DNA of 64,000 nt, from contig NC_043004.1 of the NCBI RefSeq assembly GCF_006345805.1, forward strand, positions 82,832,001 to 82,896,000, given 5' to 3'. Both the position numbers and the translations under genes were made by a program. This DNA is from Octopus sinensis. Lineage: Eukaryota. Below are positions 1-13,129 of the stretch, in pieces. A model generated the notes under the pieces. The model worked only from the letters and a program-made list of their open reading frames with translations. It had not been told where the DNA came from and did no database searches. The stretch's first letter is position 1. Each line of letters opens with the position of its first letter.

Positions 1-209
1 TATATATATTATGTACGAGATGTTTTGATCTGATTTACGCTGTTCACCCCAAACAGACATTTTATCCACTCAAATCGTAGCCACAAAATAATAGCACATT
101 TTCTGGAAAGCGGATTGTTATGATGGCAAATATGTTCAAACCTATTATAATTATTAAAATTACCAAGTAAACCGCTACGCAACTGATATAATTGCTACAG
201 TGTCATAGT

Positions 210-256
<47 letters not shown>

Positions 257-1629
257 AAATTAATATGGAAAATACACACTCTTTACATAGTTTTAATATA
301 ATTTTTAATATATCAACAGTTCGCTTTCGCTATTCATGATATTGTGGTTTACTTATTTGTATATGTATTTTCTTAAGACGAAATGTTGCCCACGTTGTGT
401 GTAATGATATTTACGAGTGAATGACTTCACAAGTAGAAAAAATAAGGGGAGGTATTTAGTTATCATTATTATTGTTATTTTTGTGGGTAAGGGAGATAAC
501 TGTTCGGCTTTCGGTAAGGGTAGGGGTACAGACAAAAAAAAACGGGTTTCGAAATATTTGTTTAGTGAGGTGATTTATGTACAGTGATGTAATTGTGAAT
601 TGAAATATTTAAAAAGATAAACGTTGGTTATACGTGTATATTAAGACATGTTCTGTATTTTTCAATGAAAAAAGTTTGTTTATTTAAACGTTCTTTTGGA
701 GAGATTGTGTCTTTGCACTTGTAGAAGGGGAAGAATTTGAAATTTGGCTTGGTGTTATCTGCATATTTTTGTATATGTTCAATCCGGGAAACGGATTTGC
801 TCTTTATGTAGAGTGGATATTTTTCTCAGGGTCATACTCGTCTATCCAAACGCCAGAGGACTTAACCTTAAGACCCATTGTAGCTGGGCCAGCTTCTGAA
901 AGCCACCGCTTACGCAATTTTCAAGACATCCCACTGAAACCCTTGCTGTAATACATCAACATTTTCATTAGCTATTTTAAGTTCAAAATGTATTTGGTTT
1001 ATTAGTGACTCATGAAAGATCGTGAATACAACTTCAAACACAGCGATAAATAAGAAATAAAACGCGAATAATAAAAATAAAAAGAGTATATAATACAATT
1101 AAAGAATTGAATTTCAAATAAATAGAAACGAAAATATTGCGAAGGAGAATTTATTTGTTATATGCTTTGTTACTTTTGGGGGCCGAGATATAGCTTCTTA
1201 AAATAATCCTTTGCAATGAAATGCGTTTTATAACCTCTGATTTTATAAAACGTTTGCAATATACCCCTACAACCGTTTATCTTTTGAGTTCAAACGTTAC
1301 CAGTCTTGACATTCTGTCGGTCATAATGCACCCAGCAAAATCTGCCTGCTTAACATTTCGATTCGACGTTCAGTCGCACACCTAACTCAACCATAAAACA
1401 TAATTGAATAACTGATAATTTATGGGCGCCTTAATGAAAATCGGTAACGAATATATCAGAAGATCTTGAAATCATGACCTAAATGTTTAGTGCCCAAAAT
1501 TGCGGTTGCTTAACTGAAACAACCAGCTTACTTTTCTAGTATAAGTAGTACATAACGACCTTCAATCCGTATAATTCTCTTCATTCACTGAAAATAGCAC
1601 ATATATAACGTCTCTTTTCTGTTTTTCAG

Positions 1630-1686
1630 ATGATTGGAAGTTTCATTACTTACATACTTCTGGTTATTCAGACAAAGCAATTATAA
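1630..1686 (+). CDS. GRL-A: terminal (TM7b) exon of a gustatory-receptor-like 7TM gene whose upstream exons lie before the window; MIGSFITYILLVIQTKQL*
   Basis: Polypyrimidine acceptor (tctcttttctgtttttcag|ATG), phase 0, TY-x5-Q motif, stop TAA 1684-1686. Closely similar to the GRL-D last exon, with a homologous 3' UTR and AATAAA at 2089-2094. Confidence 0.85.
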   Translation: MIGSFITYILLVIQTKQL

Positions 1687-3642
1687 ACGATGTCTCATTT
1701 TATTATGCATTTTCGATTGTAAGTAAATTCAGTACGAAGACGCCTTTAGCAGCACTACCTCACTATTTCACCATTAAATACCTTTGGAACGTGGGCACAT
1801 CTGCACTTTCTCAAGCAAGATTATTTTTTCTTAAAAGGTAAAGATGGGTAATGCTGAAGCGAGATCGAACGCCTTCTACCGGCGAAACCTCAGGATGATT
1901 CTATACTCTTTATTATCAGTCATGCAGCCATTGATTTTTCTGCTGGATTATTTATAACTGTCTGCCATCTTTTAAGTAAAATTGTATAAAAATATATATA
2001 TTCACACAATGATTTTTCCGTCTGTATTTTAATTTTCCTGCTACCACATCTGCACATGTTCTACTTGTCACCTTTTCTCATTTACATAAATAAAAAGCAC
2101 CAATATATTACAGAAAATACATTATAAATGCTCAACCTTTCATTTCCAAACTTAATCTTTCGTATATTCTAGAAATAAAATATCAGAATGAAACCAATTA
2201 CTGAGTTCAGTTTTAATTTACTTTACAATATGTATGTGCATCAAAGTGAAAACAAATATTTCAAGGCAAAGATTCCTTTTATTTCTAAGTGATGCATATG
2301 TCATTTTATGCAACAAGGACGAAATTAGCAGATATAGGTTATCTCAGTTAGTTCAATCTCAGATAACAAACTATGATTGCATGTATGGGTAACGTGAGTG
2401 GTAAGACCCAGATACTTAATTATATGGTTAATACAAACATGAACAAACAGAAAACACAACAACGCGAGGACGTGGAACAATTATAGTGTTCTTGGACGCT
2501 CAGGAAAGGAAAGAAAGAAGGATTAATCAACGTTTCGAGCGGAGCATTTGCTTGTATATTATTATTATATGTTGCTACAATCATGGCACTCCGTCGGGTT
2601 CGACGACGAGGGTTCCAGTTGAACCGATCAACGGAACAGCCTGCTCGTGAAATTAACGTGCAAGTGGCTGAGCACTGTCTTGAATAAAAGTGAGAAGTTA
2701 TCCTAACGGTTTCGGTTGCTGTAGAAAGACGACTTAGTCATGATGAAATTTTAACAAAAAATGAATAGATTGTATTTCATCAATGTTCCATGATATTAGT
2801 TCTTCAATCTCACTTTTTTTTTTACGAAATTCACATGCTGCCGTTGTTTTGTTTACTTTTCTATGTTACCTGGTCGTGGTGGTTTTCGCAACAATAGCAG
2901 CCTGAGTGGACGTCGCTAGTTGCAGTGACAAGTGTGGCAGCCGGTAGCCGCAGCAGTTGGAATGTTGGTAAGTCAATCGGTTGTGTAATGTCAAGCAATT
3001 TACCACTACCAGTAGATGTGGCAAATTTACCGATGATTTCAGCATGTTTATGGCAACTAAAACAAAGATTGTGGTTGGTTTAGCAATCGATAGACAAGCA
3101 TGATTGATATTTGGTGATGGAATTTGTTTCTATAGCGATACGTTGTAATTTCATCGCGGAACCCGTACCATCTGAAGAAAATGCAGCTGTAAATATGAAT
3201 TACTTTTTTCTGGTGAAACCATGGCGAAAAATAGTTTCAAGTATCATATTTAGAAAGGGAAATTTGAATTATTGAGAGGTTACTTATGGGGTAAGTAAAG
3301 ATTATGAATTACGAATATGACTACGAATATTCAGAAATATCTTCTTCACATATATACTATAAAGCTGGACACATACATCGACGACAGAGTCGTTCTATGA
3401 AATGAAAGCGTAGAGAAATTAAAAGAATTCAAAACACTCCACTTTAAGTTAGAAAAAATGTTCACCATGGAATCTAGCAGGACACAACTCATTTTTAGTA
3501 AAATTCATCAGCGAAGTCAACGACTAAAGAGAGATAGTTATGATGAAGCTTAGGCTTAAAACAATATCTTCTTTTGAGTTCAATACATTCCAAACAGAAG
3601 AGAATGTTTCTTATAACGTTAGCCTAAAGAAGTTCCAAACTG

Positions 3643-3712
<70 letters not shown>

Positions 3713-3713
3713 C

Positions 3714-3752
<39 letters not shown>

Positions 3753-3754
<2 letters not shown>

Positions 3755-4269
3755 GTATATCCTCGAGTATAGTCCGCACTTTAGTATAAACGCAGGGGAT
3801 GGTTAGGGCGCTTTACCTCTGAAAAACCTAAACTTTTTGTATAATGCGCACTCCTTCTCTAACTTGAGTCAAAGATGTCTATTTAACGTCTTTGGTTTGT
3901 AAAAATGTATAAGGTAACATCCTTTATTATTATTATTATTGTATATAGAACTTAATGCAAACGTGTAACTTTTTTGTACATTTTGTTTGCAGTAAATAAA
4001 GAAATAACAGTAATAACGTGTAGTAAATGTTGCTTACTGCAAGTTATGGATGATTCCTTTATGACTTCATTGCTTTCAGGCTTAGCTTAATGTATTTTCG
4101 CGCCCGACATCACAAAATGCGTCTGAATAAACATTGCCGGACGTCAAATAGAAACTAGGACATTTCTTAGAAAATATTTTTCATTTTTAACGTCGTATAT
4201 AGTACGCACTAGGGATTTTGACCTTTAAATTTTGGTGAAAAAATGCTGTTTATACTGGAGGATTTACGG
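3753..4269. mobile_element. Non-autonomous Tc1/pogo-type DNA transposon (MITE)
   Basis: Terminal inverted repeats CCGTATATCCTCGAGTATA ... TATACTGGAGGATTTACGG flanked by TA on both sides, inserted in a (TA)n tract. Confidence 0.7.
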
Positions 4270-4998
4270 TATATATATATATATATATATATATAAGAGC
4301 AACAGCTCCCCCGTCCAGTGGACGGTGCTGAGTTATTAAACATTGGAACCAAATTTTCTCAAAGCAAATTGTCCGACCATTCCATGGCCTCCCCTTTGAG
4401 AAACACTGATTTAACCTAAATTTGAGACACCGGCAAAAGAAGAAATAAAGATAGACGTTTTTTCTATTCCCAAAAAAACGATTTTATTCACTTTATCGGT
4501 CGCATTCTCACGTGGTATCGATTATTGTAATTTTCGTCATGGTTTATACACGCCCTGATACCGTCGGTATGTACGTATCAAATTTGAGTGCAATCGGCTG
4601 GAGGATGCCCGAGATCCTAGAAGACTCACACACAGACAGACAGAACGAATTTCATATCATATATATATATATATATATAACATCATTTATGAATGGACAT
4701 ATATATTTATATATATATACAGAACGAGAGACAGGAGAGAGAGGGAGATAGAGAAGGAGATTGAGAGGCATAACAATTTAGCTTTTGATATGTTGTATAT
4801 AATTTAGTTATTGTACATCGAGTTCTTCCTCTTAAGTGGAAAAAATTATTATAAGCTTAATCCTGAAGTAGCAATTCAATAGTGATATGTATTTTTCTAT
4901 CATTCCTGGATCAAGGTGACATATTTAATCATGTATACGTAAACATACATATATAAATAAATACATACATGCATACATACATACATACATACATACAT

Positions 4999-5054
<56 letters not shown>

Positions 5055-6134
5055 CAGCGAGGAATTAAAATGTCAATCCCTTCAAAACGTTAACCACTTT
5101 AACAGTACCAGAATCTGCATCTCACTCCATATACACATTCAAAGAAGTTTGCCAACGGCCCTCCAGAATTAACGCACCTTGGTAAGCTCAGTGGCTACTA
5201 CAAATCCAGGCCACACAGAGATGATGTTCTTGTAGCTGATGATTTTAAACTTATGGTTGGCATCGTTACCGGGAGAAGAAATTTATTTCAGAGAGAAAAA
5301 TAAGATGGCGGGGGAGAGGATAATACCATAAATAATTTTTACATAACTATATAAATTTGAAACTTACCATTAAATTTGTTTGAGTTAAGGTTTACTTGAC
5401 AACATGCAATATTTATTATTAAAATATGTAATTTGTTATTAATATGAATAAAAAAAGATTTTGATAAACAAATTAAAAAAAAGAAAAATACAGTTTATAT
5501 TCCATATTATATTGTATACTGCGATGAATTTCAAACAAAGAGAGGTAATGTAGCAAAATACATGAAATTAAGTAACTAATATGAAATGCTTTTATGTTTT
5601 AAAGTAAGTAACATTTGGTATAATATATACAAAGGTTTAAAATTATGGATTAGTAGAAATAAATACATTGGGTTGGGATAAGAGAACGGAAGAATTCCAT
5701 ATCAATACATCAATATATTATTATCTCATATATCGATATATCCATATATCGATATAGAGCCAGAAAATGTGGTAAACAAATATACAAGTTAGTCTGAAGT
5801 ATATTTACAGTATGATACAATACACGAATAATAAAGAGAAGTAAATAATATGTGTATATGAGATATAAATAAATAAAGGTGATAAAATATGAGTATAACT
5901 ATCAAATAATACAAAGAGATAATAACAGGGGTTGAGAAACCAGTGAATGAGAATAACAGAAATATCAATAGCAACATTACATAACAATTAATTTACCTCA
6001 ACCGGTCCAGCTCCCTTTAATACCTTACCAAAATATCTCCAAACGGAAACGGATCCCATAAAATTCAAATGTTCATTAGACAAATTTATTCAATATATCT
6101 CAGACCAGCCTTCTACACCCCGATGCATCTCCAG

Positions 6135-6218
<84 letters not shown>

Positions 6219-7004
6219 GTACATACATATATATATATATGAATAAAAATATATAAATAAAGGTGATACAATGGCTTGATAATAAAATATTCTATGAGAT
6301 AGGTACAAGGTATAACGTAAGTAGAATATGTTTATAATGTGTATGAAAGTCTAAAATGATGTTGTAAATGCATAAACGATTAAGTATTGAGCAAAGTGAT
6401 AGGAAAATACAGTGATTGGATAGCTGTGTAATTATAAATGAGCAGAAATAAATACAAATGTGGAGGAACAAAAAGAAGGGTTCAAAATCAATATGAAGCC
6501 TGGAAAAGGATCGGATCGGATATACGAGTTAGTCTTGATATAGTAGTAAAATGAATCAGAATAACCAATTATGTATTTATCCATATATAGAAAAGAAACT
6601 TTACCATGTGCAAACAAGTTTATTTCGCTCATACCTATGATTAAGTAGTGGGAACTTTACAGAGAGAATCAAAGGTTTTTCGCTTAAACCTAAAAAATAT
6701 TTTTTTTATTAACTTGATAAGGTGCAGAGGTTAATAACTCCACTATTAAGCCATTACGCATATTCTTATCCACCTCATTGTTTTTATTTCTACTTAATTA
6801 TAATTACACAGCTATACAATCGTAGTGTTTTCCTACCACTTGGCTTAATATTTAAACCTTCATGTAGTTACACTAATCATTTTATGCTTCTATACAGCTT
6901 ACAAACATATTCTACTTACATTATAGCTAGCACCCATCAAGCCAATTTATCACCTCTATTTACTTTTTTGTTCATTTATATATATATATAGCATATAAGC
7001 TATT

Positions 7005-7510
7005 GGGAAAGACTCAAGAGATTGAGACTCTATTCCTTAGAGTGTAGGCGAGAAAGATATGCCGTAACATACATCTGGAAGATCCTAGAAGGACTTGTCC
7101 CAAACTTTGGCATCGAGAGTTACACAAATGCCAGAACTCGGCGCCACTGCATAGTGCCAAGGACTCCAAATTTGCCCTTAAGATGTAGGACGAGATACTG
7201 TGATAGCTTGGGCTTCCGAGGCCCACAGCTTTTCGATATCTTCCTGAAGAACCTAAGAGACATGTATGTGGTGGATGCAGAGGTTTTTAAAATGAAACTG
7301 GATCTCTTCTTGTCAGGTATCCCAGATGAACCAACTTCTCGGCAGGACGTGCAGATGAGCGCAGCTGCATCGAACTCTCTCATGCACCAGATGGCATTTG
7401 CTAGAAAGCATTCGTGAAGTAAAATCATGTAGCAACACCAAATGTTGGTGCCCCAGCATGGCAACACCTTGTGAGCTGAAACTAAATAAAATAAAATAAA
7501 TAAAAAAATA
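7005..7510 (+). mobile_element. 3' fragment of a CR1/L2-group LINE (post-RT C-terminus) with A-rich tail
   Basis: ORF 7022-7417 (YSLECRRERY...IWKIL.GL.P...FK..LD.FL..IPDEP) followed by an (AAAT/AAAAT)n tail. Confidence 0.7.
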
Positions 7511-7599
7511 AAAATAAAATATATATTCGAAAGACAATTGGTTAGTATTGTTGCAGTATGTATGATTGTAGTATTTTACGAAATTCTTTTTACTAAGCC

Positions 7600-9400
7600 T
7601 GCAAAATCTTCGGATTCAAAATGTCAACAAATCTGAGCTCAAAGATTTCAAACAATGGTATTTTAAATCAAGGCCGTAGAATCAACAAGAATTTGCAGTT
7701 AAGTCTTGGAAATAACTAATGACTGGGACATCACTTATAAGTCTACCCCTGTATTCCAGTCTCTCCGCCAGTGAGGATTTGATAATTTATATATTCATGT
7801 TCAGTCTTCTCTGGTTTTAAATATTTAACAGTTTTGTTTTGTTTGTAGTTTATGCAGCCATCCTAATACAACAAATACACATACCGCCAGAATACCAAAA
7901 GATTGTCTTTTGACCTTCTCAACCTGAGAAATACGCCTCCAAAAATATTGGGAACGTTTTTGAAGAATCGAAAACAGAATCCATGGGCCACTGAATATTT
8001 ACTTCAAAAACCGCAATAAGTTTTAAACTGAAAATCTTGGATTGTAATTAATTCCTTTGTCTGTTCTAATTCTGAATCACTCCAATACTATGGACATTCT
8101 AAAGCTCGAAGTCTAGGTAATCATGCTCGTTCCATCATAAGTTTGTTCGATGCTGTTTTGGCTAAGTTTGAAACCTGACATCGGCGAATCTCAAAAACTT
8201 TGCCTGAAATTTTTTTTCTGAAAAACAAATGACAAAATGTATGGCAATTAAGAATTCATTCGAGTGTGTATAGTCTCATCAATCTTAATAGAAACAAACA
8301 AATTCCATTTTTTCGATCATCGGCTTAATTTCACCCTCGCTGGTTGTTGCTATAAAATTCAAAGAAACCATTTTGAATATCACTTGAAAATCCATGTGCA
8401 GTTATTTTTCTTCACGAAATATAAATACGATTTTAAACATAATTTTATTCTTTTAGTGCTTCACATATAAAAACAAAATTACTCCTTTTCTTTGATTCTT
8501 CGGCTTCATCTTGTCAGATCAGAATATCAATAGAATGAATTAACTTTATTCTGTTGTGTCTGGGGAGAATCATTTCGTTTTTGTGCCTTATTATTTAACT
8601 CACTCACCGGTAAAATTTCCACTTATTGCATACTTTCATTTTCCTAAAATTTTCGTTGGGTGTTGTGAACTTTAAAATAGTTTTTGCCCAAGAGAAAAGG
8701 ATGCAACACCCAACGAAATGTTTTGGAAAGTAGAAATAAGAAATAAGTGAAAATTTTACAGGTGAGTGGTTTAAATAATAAGGCCCCAAAATTGCATTAC
8801 TCCAGGCATAACAGAATATGCTTCAACACACGAACTCATATAAAGAATCTTGCAAAACCAATCCCAAAACGGAATTAACTTTAATTCTACACTATATGTA
8901 TGTAACACTTTCTTACAAAAATACATTGGCACAGATGCAGAAATACGCAACTAAATCTACATTTCATTCTATTTCAAATTTTCTACTGCCTTTGAGATAC
9001 ATGTTCCATTAGCTTAAATCTTTTAAGAGAAGTTGGGTAATCACGATGGTCCCTTAACTTGAGAAATGCATTGTCTCCTTTCCCCTATATAAGTATATTT
9101 TATCATTTCAAAATCTCGATTTGTTGAAGAGCCATTACTCAAAAATTGAATCAGAGTGGATAACAAGAACAAGCAAGGGGCTTAATTGCAAACCTAGAAG
9201 ATTTTTGGATAAATCATTTTCTGGGTTTTGAAATAATATTCAGCATTCCGGGGATTCTGTTTTGACTCTTCAAAACCATTCGCTAAATATTTCAAGGCGT
9301 ATTCGCCAGGTTGAGAACTGTATGTTTGTTCAGAAATATCAGCGTTCAAAAATATCAACTACTCTCATGTCGTCAATATAAGCCAGTGTACTAATGATTT
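7600..9400 (+). mobile_element. Possible heavily decayed hAT-like transposase remnant
   Basis: Stop-riddled hand translations give motifs loosely resembling hAT catalytic and dimerisation regions (e.g. SRRIRQVENCMFVQKYQRSKISTTLMSSI near 9290-9380). No intact ORF. Confidence 0.3.
8585..8784. repeat. Imperfect foldback / MITE-like inverted repeat, ~80-bp arms
   Basis: gccttattatttaactcactcaccggtaaaatt...cgttgggtgttg is mirrored by caacacccaacg...aattttacaggtgagtggtttaaataataaggc. Confidence 0.75.
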
Positions 9401-9634
9401 AAGTACACATATCTAAGTACCAATAGGAATAATTTGTTTTATTAACATAACACATTGAAATGTATTGCATATTAATGCTTTATGTACGAGGAATATATTG
9501 ACGGCAATATAACTTTAATGCATTAAATTCCCCCCCTGATGGACGGAAATTTCATATTGAAAGTTCCTTGTCGCAACAAACACACACACGTACACACATA
9601 TACCCTCACACATGCACACACATACATACACACA

Positions 9635-9686
<52 letters not shown>

Positions 9687-10238
9687 TATATGTACCTGCA
9701 TTTATACGTAGAAACACCCTCCACACACGTATATATGTATATATATATATATAGTTTGATATGTGTTTGTATATATATATATATATTTATATGTGTATAC
9801 ATGCAGGTAACATTAGCAAAACAACATATGTATACGTATAATTATCGAATATAAGGTCTAATAGCTTTTTTTCATAGATTACAAATTGAATCATACAGGT
9901 AACTGAACCGTTGTATGCAGTCGACAGTCAATGCATCTTACTGAAGTTAATCAAATCTATTTCCTTTTGAAGACGGAATATATTGTGTAGCAGATTATAT
10001 GCAACGTTTGTTTTACCCATAACAATCTAACATCTATATGGGAGCACATATATATTAGTATCTTAGTGATTCCCCCGAAATTAATTGCAGACATTTTTTT
10101 CTGTAAATGAAATATCAAAATTAATATCAAGCATCTGTCAATATTGTATATCTTGTATATATTGTATATATTGTATATATTGTATGTCAATAATTTATAT
10201 CATAATTCCACATACAAGGATTATTAAACTCATTAAGA

Positions 10239-10245
10239 TATAAAA
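10239..10245 (+). promoter_or_regulatory. Putative TATA box of GRL-B
   Basis: TATAAAA 82 nt upstream of the ATG; the same motif and flanks occur 81 nt upstream of GRL-D. Confidence 0.45.
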
Positions 10246-10320
10246 CCTGCTTCTTCTATTCTAAGGATTTCGTTTGCTAAATGGGAAGAATTTTCTGGAT
10301 GTCACAAAATTAGAATAAGC

Positions 10321-11048
10321 ATGAAATCAGATGAAACACAAATCTTTAAACTGCTGGAATTTTATTGTAAAATAAATATTTGGAGATCGTTTGCGAATAC
10401 AACGCCATTAAAATTTCACAAATTTATCTCAATCTTCTTCTATAGTTTTTACGCTGTGTACTGCTTACATTTGACTGTAGCTCCAATTTTGAACACTATT
10501 AGTGCAATACAAATGGAAAATAGATCAACTGATGAAACCCTTTTTTATATTTACACGATATTTTACCAGATCTTTTTAACAATGTATGGTCTGATGAAAC
10601 TCTTCAAGAAACCGAACGACACACAACTAATTGAAGCATTCACCGAACTTAAAATTAAAGAAGATGATAGAAAATTCTGTAACTCTAATATATTCTTTTC
10701 GTATAAATCACTATGCTTTTTTATATTGTTCCCGTTAACTGCTTTCATGATTCTAGATTATATTTTTACAGAGTCCAATCATGATTTTATGCGTTTCATT
10801 CTATTTCCTGTACCAATCAACAATACTTATCACCTTCTAGTTTTCGCACTATATGTTACGTTTAACTGCATGTCATTCGTTTCCGTGCAACTGACTTTTA
10901 CGTAAATCTAATGATCGGAAGCACACTGGATTATGAGTTTAACAAAGTGACGAGTGATGTTCAACGCTATGTAAAGGAACAGCAATCAGAGAAGTTTATT
11001 TTAGTGGCTGATAGTAAGTGTTCGGTTATTAGTCAAGTGACTATGTAA
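10321..11048 (+). pseudogene. GRL-B: frameshifted and 3'-truncated GR-like paralogue of GRL-D (TM1-TM4 only)
   Basis: ORF 10321-10905 aligns to the GRL-D N-terminus (MKSDETQIFKLLEFY vs MKLKETQFFKLLEFY; HDFMRFILFP vs NDFMRFLTFP). After a 1-nt shift near 10892 the other frame continues DFYVNLMIGSTLDYEFNKVTSDVQRYVKE (GRL-D: DLYVDLVAAFTLSCEFNKLASKFELYVTE). Homology ends ~10985; no TM5-7 or exons 2-4 seen. Confidence 0.8.
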
Positions 11049-11190
11049 TCGTAAGTAGCAAAATATTTTCAGAGATCCTCCTGGAACTGGAGAATGTGAC
11101 AAGTGGGAGTATAACAGGCTGTATTACAATTCGACTGTCACCAAACTTTAGATGATTAATCTGAAGCAACTCGAAAGGAATTGCCCTTAA

Positions 11191-11305
11191 TTTGCTTCAC
11201 CACATACCGAAATTTAGAAATAGCAGCCAAGAAAACTAGCTATTTCTCTACCAAACCTAGTTTTCTTGGATGCTGTTTCTAAATTTCGGTATGTGTTGAG
11301 GCAAA
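11191..11305. repeat. Hairpin inverted repeat (~48-bp arms, 17-nt loop)
   Basis: cacataccgaaatttagaaatagcagccaagaaaactag / ctagttttcttggatgctgtttctaaatttcggtatgtg. Confidence 0.8.
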
Positions 11306-11399
11306 TTTTTTTGCTGAAACCTAATTATATTTATACGCTTAATTATAACTATTATTGTTTAAGTTTACCGATAATGATTCTTTTAACATGCCGAAAATT

Positions 11400-12150
11400 A
11401 TTCTATCAATGGCCAGCATATTAAAAAATACCTTTAAAGGTTAAATTTATAAACAATTCTTATTTATTCTCGAGGAGAAGATTCTTATAAATTAACTCTG
11501 AAATCGTGGCCGTGATGAATTATTTGGTTATTGACGATTTGTCTATTTTCGGCATATTTGGCATAAGAATTTTTATCTTTTACCCTTGTTTATAATTTGT
11601 TTATAAATTTAACCTTTAAAGGTATTTTTTAATATGCTGGCCATTGATAGAATTCTTTCCAAATAATTTCATCCTATATTAGATGTAAATTTAATTTTGT
11701 TCACTACCGGACTCTCTCACTCTACGAGAGTTTTCAGTCCGATCGCACGTGATTCGAGGTATGCTGAAGAATTTCTATTTTGGCTATATTTGGGGTACTT
11801 AATTAAGCTCATGACTTAGTGCTTGCTTCTTCCATAGGTATGATAAGTATTTCATTTATTTCTTACCGTATTTTTCACTGACGAGGAGAAAATTCGTATG
11901 AATTACCTCTGAAATCGGGGCCGATGAGATAATAACGGAATTTTTTTTTAAATGTCTGTCGGTTTACTTCGAGACGCGTGCGTATAGTGCTGAATTATAT
12001 GGTTATTGACGATTTGTCTATTTTCGGCATATTTGGCATTAGAATTCTTTTCTTTTGCCCTTGTTTATATGCTGTTTATAAATTTAACCTTTAAAGGTAT
12101 CTTTTAATATGCTGGCCAAAGATAGAATTTTTTCCCCAAAATTTTATCCT
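11400..12150. repeat. Compound inverted plus direct duplication
   Basis: Perfect 57-bp inverted pair 11400-11456 / 11597-11653; ~11470-11690 is repeated directly at ~11880-12150. Confidence 0.8.
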
Positions 12151-12153
12151 ATA

Positions 12154-12255
<102 letters not shown>

Positions 12256-12549
12256 CTTATAAGCAAGGGCTAAAGAAGATTATTCCAAAGCCAGTACACT
12301 GATTTTCCACATATAATTCACTTGCTGCAGAAAAATTGAACTGAAGTCGGGCAACTAACCGTTAGAATATTTAAATTTCGTTATCTCTATATTGAATCAA
12401 TTTCGGAATTAATCTCATAAAGAATTTGTTCTTCATCGGTAGAGCTTACGAGAGAATATAATTAAGATACTTACATGCGCCTATGGAAAAAAGCCGAAGG
12501 AAAGAACATAAGTACATTTAAGTACCTCAGATATATCTAAAAATAAAAA

Positions 12550-13045
12550 TTGTTGGTATAAAAGGTGGGCTAGAGCAAATATTCTGCTCAATACCACAGA
12601 TTTACTTGTCAGCCTTTTGACCTTAACCAGTTGAGCATGTCCCTTAGTGTCTGATGATATGTGCATCTCTGATCACGAGCAGAAGTGGTGGGGGAGTATC
12701 ATAGCCATATGTTGAGAGGGATCCTTTGGAGTTTGAATAATTCATCTCTGGAAACATGGGTGTTTCGTTCAACATCCTTAAACAAGCCTTATTCAGGGAC
12801 CTTTTGCGCAGGATGGGTTACTCGACGAGAAGAAAATTCTAACTGGGCCCCACCTACAAGGTCATGTGCTGTTTATCTTTATATGTGATCATCATGTCGC
12901 GCACATATTGTTGTGATCCATGTGCCTGGTGTACCCTTATCAGACGGGTAGTCATGATGAGTATACTGGGCTTAATATATTTTACCCCCAGTGTCACTTT
13001 GATGGCATGCACTACTCTCTCACTCAATAATGATGATAATAATAA
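12550..13045 (+). mobile_element. ~0.5-kb interspersed non-autonomous repeat with (TAA)n-like tail
   Basis: Reverse complement of 28109-28665; ends ...gatggcatgcactactctctcactcaataatgatgataataataa. Confidence 0.65.
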
Positions 13046-13129
13046 ATGCATGTAAACATGAACAATATAAAAAATAATAATAATAATAAAACAATTAAGA
13101 ATAAACAAAAACAAAAACAAATTACAGAA

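Noticed and set aside
2860-3180. GC-richer patch with minus-strand NLCFSCHKH (gag zinc-knuckle-like)
   Set aside because: Motif incomplete and interrupted by stops; too weak to classify.
4297-4660. Possible Helentron-associated (HINE/DINE-like) element with GACA microsatellite near its end
   Set aside because: Single copy in the window and no clear sub-terminal inverted repeats verified.
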